From the NCBI GenBank assembly GCA_964416425.1, contig CAYQEC010000005.1, forward strand, positions 9,328 to 73,327: DNA of 64,000 nucleotides, in the 5' to 3' direction. The position numbers and the translations under genes were made by a program. The DNA is from an uncultured Acidimicrobiaceae bacterium. Lineage in GTDB: Bacteria > Actinomycetota > Acidimicrobiia > Spongiisociales > UBA5794. Below, one piece after another: positions 57,135 through 64,000 of the stretch; position 1 is the first letter of the stretch, and each line of letters begins with the position of its first letter. The notes under the pieces are model-generated. The model saw only the letters and a list, made by a program, of their open reading frames with translations, made no database searches and was not told where the DNA came from.

Positions 57135-58940
57135 CTAGAACGCCTCGTCGTCCATCGTCATCAGGGCCCCGTCCTCCCGTTCGGCCCTCTCCCTCCGCAG
57201 CTTCGCCTTGGGAAGGGCATGGAACGCGAAGAAGTGGGCCGCAGCCACCTTCCCCTCGTAGAACCCGCGGTCCCTGTCACTCGCCTCGGGAAGCGCCTCA
57301 AGGGCGACCTCGGCCTGGCGCAGCAGCAGCCAGCCGATCACGACCTCGGAGATGCTCTCCAGCAGGGCGTTGGCATGGAGCCCGAGCTCGTAGAGCTGGG
57401 CCGGGTCCTCCCGGGCCGCCATGAGCTGGGTCACCATCACACCGAGGTGGGCCTGGGTGTCGTCGAGGGCCGACCCGAGCAGCTCCCGTTCGGTGGCCAG
57501 TTCCTCGGTCCCGCCCTTGATCAACTCGACGATCTCGGCGGCGAGCGCCGTCAACGCCTGGCCCTGGTCGCGGGCGATCTTGCGGAAGAACAGGTCGAGC
57601 GACTGGATCCCGGTGGTGCCCTCGTAGAGGGTGTCGATCTTGGTGTCGCGGATGTACTGCTCGATCGGGTAGTCCTTGGTGAACCCGGCACCACCGAACA
57701 CCTGGAGCGACAGGGCAAGCATCTCGTAGGCCTTCTCCGACGAGTACCCCTTGACCATGGGGAGCAGCAGGTCCTCACGGCGGGCCCACGTCTCGTCCTC
57801 GGGATGCAGCCTGATCTGGTCCTGCACCCACGCGGTGTAGTAGAGGAGGGCCCGCATCCCCTCCACGTGGCATTTCTGCAGCATGAGCATGCGGCGCACG
57901 TCGGGGTGGCGGATGATCGGCACCCGGGGGGCGGTCTTGTCGGTCATCTGGGTCATGTCGGCGCCCTGGAGGCGTTCCCGGGCGTAGGCGAGGGCGTTGA
58001 GGTACCCGGTCGAGAGGGTGGACGTCGCCTTGGTCCCGATCAGCATGCGAGCCCGCTCGATGATGCGGAACATCTGGTGGATGCCGTCGTGGACCCCGCC
58101 GGCGAGGTATCCGACGCAGGGGGTGTCCGCCCCGAAGGTGAGGTCGCAGGTCGTCGACCCCTTGATTCCCATCTTCTTCTCGATGGAGGTGCACACCACC
58201 CCGTTGCGCTCCCCCAGCGAGCCGTCCTCGTTCACGAGGTACTTGGGCACGATGAACATCGACAGGCCCGAGGTGCCGGGGCGGGCCCCGACGGGGCGGG
58301 CCAGCACGAGGTGGACGATGTTCTCGGCCATGTCGTGCTCGCCGCTGGTGATGAACCGCTTGACGCCCTCGAGGTGGTAGACGCCCGCCGCTTCGTCCAC
58401 CGCGATCGCCTTGGTGACGGCGGCTCCGACGTCGGACCCTGCGTCGGGCTCGGTGAGGACCATCGTGCCGCCCCAGTGCCGCTCCAGCGCCGGCTTCACG
58501 AACCGGTCGATCTGCTCGGGGGTGCCGACCTCGTTGAGCACGATCGGCATCAGCGTCCCGACGTAGAGGTAGACGGCGGGGTTGGCGCCGATGAGCAGTT
58601 CCTGGGCCGCCCACCGCAGCGTGTCCGTGGTGGCGACCCCACCCCGCTCGGGGGGCCAGAACAGCGTGTCCCAACCGCCGTCCATGTAGGCGGCGAGGGA
58701 GCGCTTCATCGGCTCGGGAATCTTCACCTCGCCGTCGACCAGGGTGAGATCGGCCCGATCGGCATCGACGAAGGAGGCGGCGAGGTCCTCGACGGAGAGC
58801 CGTTCGATCTCGCCGAGCATCTGGCGGGCGGTGTCCTCGTCGACGTCGCCGAAGGGCGCGGCGCCCATGTACTCCTGGATCCTGAGCACCTCGAAGAGGT
58901 TGAACTCGATGTCACGGAGGTTCGTCTTGTAGTGGCTCAT
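57135..58940 (-). CDS. Large acyl-CoA dehydrogenase (FadE-type with a C-terminal extension)
   Basis: The product is a 601 aa ACAD with N/M/C domains. The start is MSHYKTNLRDIEFNLFE. Confidence 0.9.
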   Translation of the reverse strand: MSHYKTNLRDIEFNLFEVLRIQEYMGAAPFGDVDEDTARQMLGEIERLSVEDLAASFVDADRADLTLVDGEVKIPEPMKRSLAAYMDGGWDTLFWPPERGGVATTDTLRWAAQELLIGANPAVYLYVGTLMPIVLNEVGTPEQIDRFVKPALERHWGGTMVLTEPDAGSDVGAAVTKAIAVDEAAGVYHLEGVKRFITSGEHDMAENIVHLVLARPVGARPGTSGLSMFIVPKYLVNEDGSLGERNGVVCTSIEKKMGIKGSTTCDLTFGADTPCVGYLAGGVHDGIHQMFRIIERARMLIGTKATSTLSTGYLNALAYARERLQGADMTQMTDKTAPRVPIIRHPDVRRMLMLQKCHVEGMRALLYYTAWVQDQIRLHPEDETWARREDLLLPMVKGYSSEKAYEMLALSLQVFGGAGFTKDYPIEQYIRDTKIDTLYEGTTGIQSLDLFFRKIARDQGQALTALAAEIVELIKGGTEELATERELLGSALDDTQAHLGVMVTQLMAAREDPAQLYELGLHANALLESISEVVIGWLLLRQAEVALEALPEASDRDRGFYEGKVAAAHFFAFHALPKAKLRRERAEREDGALMTMDDEAF

Positions 58941-59034
58941 TGTGACCCCTGTGTTGCCTCTCGTCCCGGCGGATCGTGGGACGGAATCGTGGACCTGGGT
59001 ACTCTCTGATTCGTTTTTGACTCTACACTCTATT

Positions 59035-59050
59035 TTGAGCAACCGCTCAA
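59035..59050. promoter_or_regulatory. Candidate TetR operator TTGAGC-AACC-GCTCAA in the fadE-tetR divergent intergenic region
   Basis: A perfect 6 bp inverted repeat lies midway between divergent starts, in a locally AT-richer region. Confidence 0.5.
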
Positions 59051-59100
59051 GTTCTCCGAGGCAAGGCTGCTCCTTGCCGGGGATAGGAAGAGAGCACGGC

Positions 59101-59673
59101 GTGGCCCGCTACCAGGCAGGCATCCGAACCGAGGGGCGCATCGTCGAGGCGACGCGTCAGCTCCTCGGCGAGGTCGGCCTCGAGGGCACCACCCTCAAGG
59201 CGATCTGCGAGCGCGCCGAGGTCCGCGCCGGGAGCTTCTACAACCTCTTCGAGTCCAAGGAGGAGGTGGTGCTCCGGATCGTCAAGGAAGCGATCCGCGC
59301 CGTCGACCCCCGCCCCTCCGGTGGCGGCGACGACTCCCTCGCAGAGCTGGTCGAGGCCTACATCAGCTTCATCACCGGCGAATCCACCTTGGCCCGGGTC
59401 TACCTCAAGATCGCCATCAGCGGGGCGGTCAACGAGGACGGCCTCGGCGCCCGGGTGGCTCGGCACCACCGCCGGCGCACCCAGCGCTTCGCCGAGGCCA
59501 TGGCCCGGGAGCATCCCGAACTCGGCGCCGAGGAGGTGCTGGCGCACACCGAAGTCCTCCTCGCCGCCCTCAACGGCCTCGCCTTCGCCTGGCTGGTGAA
59601 CCCCGACTTCGACTTCCGGCGTCACGCCGTGCTCGCCGCCGGCCTCGAGACATCGGTCGTTCCCCCAGCCTGA
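59101..59673 (+). CDS. TetR/AcrR family transcriptional regulator
   Basis: The GTG start gives VARYQAGIR. The TetR HTH is TTLKAICERAEVRAGSFYNLFESKEE. Confidence 0.85.
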   Translation: MARYQAGIRTEGRIVEATRQLLGEVGLEGTTLKAICERAEVRAGSFYNLFESKEEVVLRIVKEAIRAVDPRPSGGGDDSLAELVEAYISFITGESTLARVYLKIAISGAVNEDGLGARVARHHRRRTQRFAEAMAREHPELGAEEVLAHTEVLLAALNGLAFAWLVNPDFDFRRHAVLAAGLETSVVPPA

Positions 59674-59741
59674 GCGACGGGCCGTGACGTCTCCCGCCGC
59701 TACCGGGGCACCATCCGGGAGGCGCTGTCCGGCCTCCCCGA

Positions 59742-62171
59742 CTAGGACGCGGCCGGCTGGGCCCTCACCCCCGCCTCGCGGATACCGGCGGACCGCAGGT
59801 GGAAGGGAACGCTCGTGACGGCGATCCCCGGTTCCGGAGCGAGCATGCCCTTGATGAGGAGACCAGTCTGGTTGTGGAGCAGGTGGGCGATGCGGCCCGG
59901 AACCACGAACTCCGGGATCACCACGTTGATGATCGTTCCCGGAAGCGCCCGGCGTCGCCGGTCGCGCAGGTAGATGACGAGGGGCTCGACGATCGCCCGG
60001 TAGGGGGACGGCACGACGTCGAGCGGCATGTCGAACCCGGTGTTCGGCCAGTCGCGGAGAATGCGATCTCGCTGCTCCTCCTCGACGTCGACGTGCACCG
60101 CGCTCACCGGCGTACCCAATCCGACGGCATAGGAGAGCGCCTCCCGCACCGGGCGGGTGAGATCCGAGATGAGCACGACGGTCTCGAGACGGCGCAGCGG
60201 CACGGGCGTGATGCCGCGCCTACGGAGGCGCCGCAACAGCGTGAGGTCGGTGACCGCCACGTTCTGGGCGAACAGGAGGCGCGCCCTGATGGCGAGGCTG
60301 TGGCGGTGACGGAACATCTCGGTCATGGTCCGGTTCCGGAACCGATCGGACATGACGACGGTGACCCGGTCGGCAGGGTGGGCGTCGCGGAGCGACAGCA
60401 CATGGTCGACGATCCGGCCCGTGATGGGCCGCCCCTCGCCGTACAGGAGCGTGAGCGGATGGTCGGGGTGCAAGCTCTGCCAGCTGAACATCACGGCATC
60501 CGAGCCGGCCTCCTCGGCGTGGACGCACTCCACGCTGGCGGACCGAATCAGGAGGGCGTAGAGGAGCGCCCGCTCGGTTGCCTCGTCGGCGTGGTTGACG
60601 AGAAGCACGACCCGATTCGGCCGGGGCTCGGCATCGAGCGGGATCTCCCGCAGCTGGCCTGCCACCGCCAGGTAGTGGCGCCGCACCGCCATCATCGCCG
60701 CCACGATGAACGGCACCGCCACGATGACGATCCAGGCCCCGTGCGCGAACTTGACGCTCGCCACCACCACCAGCACCACCGCGGTCGTGACCGACCCGGC
60801 TGCGTTGATCGCCACCGAACGACGCCACCCCGCCTCGCGGGTCCTGAGCCAGTGGCGGACCATTCCCGCCTGGCTGAGGGTGAAGCTGGTGAACACCCCC
60901 ACCACGTAGAGCTGGATGAGGTGGGTCACCTCGGCGCCGAACACGATGAGGAGGAGGGAGGCGAGGGCGGCGAGGGCGATGACACCGTTGGAGAAGACGA
61001 GGCGGTCGCCCTGGTTGCGGAACTGGCGCGGGAAGACACGGTGGTTGGCGAGGATCGCCGAGAGGCGCGGAAAGTCCTGATATGCGGTGTTGGCGGCGAG
61101 CACCAGGATGGCCGCGGTGAACACCTGGAGCATCCAGAACGCGGCGCCGCCGCCGAAGACCACCCGCCCAATCTGCGAGATGACCGTCCCGTGGGTGTCG
61201 AGGATCTCGTCGCTCACCCGCACTCCGAACAGGTGAGCGAGCGTCGAGATCCCCAAGAACATGGTGATGGCGATCCCGCCCATGACCGTCAGGGTGACGG
61301 CGGCGTTCTTCGCCTTCGGCTCGCGGAACGCCTGCACGCCGTTGGCGATCGCCTCGACCCCGGTGAGCGCCGTTGACCCCGAGGCGAATGCCCGCAGGAT
61401 GAGGAAGAGACCCACCGCCCCCACCTCGGGCGCGAGGTCGAGATGCGCGGTCGCCGCCTGCGGGCACACTCCGTCGAGGCACCTGGAGAAGCCCATGACG
61501 AGCATCACCATGACGGTGACGACGAAGGCGTACGTCGGGACGGCGAACAGCGTCGATGCCTCCCGTACGCCGCGCAGGTTGGCAACGGTGAGAAGTAGAA
61601 CGAAGCCGAGCGCGAGGGCGACACGATGGCCGAGGAGGGAGGGCGCCGCCGAGGTGATGGCGGCCACACCGGCGGCAACGGACACCGCGACCGTGAGGGT
61701 GTAGTCGACGAGCAGGGCGGCCGCCGCGGTCGCTCCGGCGCCCAGGCCGAGGTTCTCGGAAGCGACGATGAACGCTCCGCCGCCGCCCGGATAGGCACGG
61801 ATGGTCTGGCGGTACGAGATGATGACGATCACCAGCAGCACCGCCACCGCGAGACTGATCGGCGTCACCAGCGACAGCGCCCCGGCGCCGGCGAGCGCCA
61901 GCACGAGCATCGTCTCCTCGGTGGCGTAGGCCACCGAGGAGAGCGGGTCGGAGGCGAAGATCGGCAGGGCGAAGCGCTTGGGCAGCAGCTGGTGCACGGC
62001 CTCGTGGCTGGCGAGACGTCGCCCGAGGAGGAAAGCCTTGAGCCGGCTGGGAGTCACGTCACGTTCCTGACCGTCTGCCGCGCCGTCGGCGAAAGTCTCC
62101 AGACGGAACTCGATCGGAGTCGCTCGTACACTATCGGCCGGACACGGTGCCGATGCCGCGGCCCGGGACAC
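59742..62171 (-). CDS. APC-superfamily permease with a large C-terminal cytoplasmic domain
   Basis: The N-terminal conserved region is RLKAFLLGRRLASHEAVHQLLPKRFALPIFASDPLSSVAYATEE. About 12 TM helices follow, then a ~330 aa soluble domain. Confidence 0.75.
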   Translation of the reverse strand: MSRAAASAPCPADSVRATPIEFRLETFADGAADGQERDVTPSRLKAFLLGRRLASHEAVHQLLPKRFALPIFASDPLSSVAYATEETMLVLALAGAGALSLVTPISLAVAVLLVIVIISYRQTIRAYPGGGGAFIVASENLGLGAGATAAAALLVDYTLTVAVSVAAGVAAITSAAPSLLGHRVALALGFVLLLTVANLRGVREASTLFAVPTYAFVVTVMVMLVMGFSRCLDGVCPQAATAHLDLAPEVGAVGLFLILRAFASGSTALTGVEAIANGVQAFREPKAKNAAVTLTVMGGIAITMFLGISTLAHLFGVRVSDEILDTHGTVISQIGRVVFGGGAAFWMLQVFTAAILVLAANTAYQDFPRLSAILANHRVFPRQFRNQGDRLVFSNGVIALAALASLLLIVFGAEVTHLIQLYVVGVFTSFTLSQAGMVRHWLRTREAGWRRSVAINAAGSVTTAVVLVVVASVKFAHGAWIVIVAVPFIVAAMMAVRRHYLAVAGQLREIPLDAEPRPNRVVLLVNHADEATERALLYALLIRSASVECVHAEEAGSDAVMFSWQSLHPDHPLTLLYGEGRPITGRIVDHVLSLRDAHPADRVTVVMSDRFRNRTMTEMFRHRHSLAIRARLLFAQNVAVTDLTLLRRLRRRGITPVPLRRLETVVLISDLTRPVREALSYAVGLGTPVSAVHVDVEEEQRDRILRDWPNTGFDMPLDVVPSPYRAIVEPLVIYLRDRRRRALPGTIINVVIPEFVVPGRIAHLLHNQTGLLIKGMLAPEPGIAVTSVPFHLRSAGIREAGVRAQPAAS

Positions 62172-62189
62172 ACACGCCCGTTACGCTCT

Positions 62190-64000
62190 CTACGCCCCTG
62201 CCGCCTCTCCGCGTCGTGCCGCCCGGCGTCGTGCCGCCTTCTCCAGCTCCACCACCCAGAACACCCCCGTCGACGCCGCCAGCACCAGCACCAGCTCGAA
62301 GATCGAGAGCGGGTCGATGGTGAACATGGTCTGGGTGAACGGCAGGTAGATCACGAGGATCTGCACCACGGCCGTGCCCGCCACCGCCCATAGCAGCGCG
62401 AGGTTGGTGCGGATGCCGAGCGACCACAGCGATTCCCGCTCGGAGCGCACCGCCATGGCGTTGCCGAGCTGGAGCAGGGCCAGCGACACGAACACCATCG
62501 TCTGCCAGGGTCGGTCGGCCGCCTTCCCCCACACGCCGAGGCCGAGCGGGATGCCGCCCATGAGCAGGCCGACCAGCAGGATGTGCGGCACCATGCCGTG
62601 GGCGAAGATGCTCTCCGACGGCGGGCGCGGCGGTCGGCTCATCACGTTGCGCTCAGCCGGTTCCACCGCCAGGGCGAGGCCGGGCAGCCCGTCGGTGACG
62701 AGGTTCACCCACAGGATGTGGACCGGGAGCAGCGGCAGCGGCAACCCGAGGAACGGGCCGAGGAGCATCACCCAGATCTCGCCCGAGTTCGACGTCAGGG
62801 TGTAGCGCACGAAGCGGCGGATGTTGTCGTAAATGCGGCGCCCCTCGCCGGCGGCGGCGACGATCGAGGCAAAATCATCGTCGGTGAGCACCATGTCGGC
62901 GGCTTCCTTGGCCACCTCGGTGCCGGCCACCCCCATGGCGACACCGATGTCGGCGGCCCGCAGCGCCGGGGCGTCGTTCACCCCGTCGCCGGTCATGGCG
63001 ACGATGTCCCCCCGTCGCTTCCATGCCTGCACGATGTCGAGTTTCTGCTCCGGCGAGGTGCGGGCGTAGACCCCGACCTGGTCGACGTGGGCGGCGAGGC
63101 CCGCGGTGTGCTCCCGGGCCAGATCGGCGCCGGTCATGATCTCCTGGTCGACGAGGATCCCGAGCCGGGTGGCGATGGCGGCACCGGTCGCGGGGTGGTC
63201 GCCGGTGATCATCACCGGGGTGATGCCGGCGGCGCGGCACGCCGCCACTGCGGCGGCCGATTCGGCCCGGGGAGGATCGGCCATGGCCACCAGCCCGTAC
63301 AGGACGAGATCGCCCTCGGCGCCGTCCGCGCGGTCGGCCGCCCCGTCGTCGATCCTCCCGGCGACGGCGAGCACCCGATAGCCGGCGGCGGAGTAACCCT
63401 CGGCGCGTGCCAGGGCCTCCTCACGGTCGGCGTCGCCCATTGGGCGCGGCCCGCCCTCCGTGGCGAGGGACGACACGGTCTCCAGCACCGCCTCCAGAGC
63501 GCCCTTCGAGGCAATGAGGCGGCCGTGGTGATCCGGTCCCCGGTGCACCGTGGTCATACGCTTGCGTTCCGAGTCGAAGGGGACCTCGGCGAGACGGGGG
63601 TGGCGGTGCTGCAGCTCGTCGCGCTCCACCCCGCCCTTGGCGGCGAACGCCAGCAGGGCGCCTTCGGTCGGGTCGCCGGCCACCCCCCAGTCGCCGCCTA
63701 CCGCCGCCGGCGCCACCAACACCGCGTCGTTGCAGAGGGCGGCGGCCACCATGAGCGAGCCGAGCGGGCCGCGGCTCGGATCCACTTCGAGCGGCTCCCC
63801 GTCTCCGAGGATCCGGCCTCCCGGCTCGTAGCCGGAGCCGTCGGCGGTTACCTCGCCGGCGGCGGTCCATGCCTTCTCGATGAGCATCCGGCCTTGGGTG
63901 AGGGTGCCGGTCTTGTCGGTGCAGATCACGGTCACCGAGCCAAGCGTCTCCACCGCCGGAAGCTTGCGGATGAGGGCGTGCTGCCGGACCATGCGCTGCG
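62190..64000 (-). CDS. P-type cation-transporting ATPase (type II), N-terminus beyond window
   Basis: The phosphorylation motif is [10 protein letters not shown] and the hinge motifs are [10 protein letters not shown] and [14 protein letters not shown]. The frame is still open at the window edge. Confidence 0.9.
   Translation of the reverse strand, partial: QRMVRQHALIRKLPAVETLGSVTVICTDKTGTLTQGRMLIEKAWTAAGEVTADGSGYEPGGRILGDGEPLEVDPSRGPLGSLMVAAALCNDAVLVAPAAVGGDWGVAGDPTEGALLAFAAKGGVERDELQHRHPRLAEVPFDSERKRMTTVHRGPDHHGRLIASKGALEAVLETVSSLATEGGPRPMGDADREEALARAEGYSAAGYRVLAVAGRIDDGAADRADGAEGDLVLYGLVAMADPPRAESAAAVAACRAAGITPVMITGDHPATGAAIATRLGILVDQEIMTGADLAREHTAGLAAHVDQVGVYARTSPEQKLDIVQAWKRRGDIVAMTGDGVNDAPALRAADIGVAMGVAGTEVAKEAADMVLTDDDFASIVAAAGEGRRIYDNIRRFVRYTLTSNSGEIWVMLLGPFLGLPLPLLPVHILWVNLVTDGLPGLALAVEPAERNVMSRPPRPPSESIFAHGMVPHILLVGLLMGGIPLGLGVWGKAADRPWQTMVFVSLALLQLGNAMAVRSERESLWSLGIRTNLALLWAVAGTAVVQILVIYLPFTQTMFTIDPLSIFELVLVLAASTGVFWVVELEKAARRRAARRGEAAGA

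Noticed and set aside
1-64000. Selenoprotein genes or the selA/selB/selD machinery accompanying selC
   Set aside because: No product in the window matches SelA, SelB or SelD, and no strong candidate shows an in-frame TGA followed by a SECIS-like hairpin. Presumably they are encoded elsewhere.

Overview
This is a high-GC window (~70% GC), most consistent with an Actinomycetota chromosome, possibly an Acidimicrobiia- or Thermoleophilia-like lineage. That placement is inferred only from GC content, Thr/Pro-rich linkers, GTGA/ATGA overlapping gene junctions and the Tad pilus content. The window is densely packed with genes, and many ORFs in the supplied track are antisense or out-of-frame artefacts typical of high-GC DNA.

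Genes I can support, in order along the window:
- A truncated primary-like sigma-70 gene at the left edge (minus strand, 1..945).
- A YyaL/DUF255 thioredoxin-domain gene.
- A four-gene envelope module: a zinc-ribbon membrane protein, a fusion of a degenerate CpsD/BY-kinase-like P-loop domain to an LCP (LytR-CpsA-Psr) domain, a paralogue of the first protein, and a polytopic membrane protein.
- A Bacillus-style caa3 cytochrome oxidase operon, ctaC-ctaD-ctaE-ctaF-ctaG, on the minus strand. ctaA and ctaB lie about 20 kb away.
- A TauE/SafE exporter and an XRE-family HTH protein with a C-terminal membrane anchor.
- A tRNA-Sec gene (selC, anticodon UCA, 95 nt, minus strand) with a degenerate direct duplicate about 630 bp away.
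- A ferredoxin, a DUF1876 protein, a MarR regulator divergent from an MFS pump, a CBS-pair protein, HflX, a HIT protein, PhoH2 (PIN-PhoH) and GpsA.
- An alkylation-repair cluster: an Ada-AlkA fusion, Ogt, and a convergent Tag, separated from Ogt by 108-127 bp tandem hairpin repeats.
- Two DAHP synthases of different classes, one fused to chorismate mutase.
- An ArsR-ArsC fusion followed by a second ArsC-like LMW-PTP.
- A Dpp/Opp-type ABC importer, an ECF sigma/anti-sigma pair, and a Tad/Flp pilus locus (cpaB-cpaE-cpaF-tadB-tadC-flp-3x tadE-like).
- A nitroreductase, a Thr/Pro-repeat membrane-anchored protein, a histidine kinase with a divergent receiver-only response regulator, FadE divergent from a TetR with a palindromic operator, an APC permease, and a truncated P-type ATPase at the right edge.

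The most unusual items are the fusion of a doubly degenerate BY-kinase-like domain to an LCP domain flanked by two paralogous zinc-ribbon/extracytoplasmic-domain proteins, and the selC locus with its degenerate duplicate.
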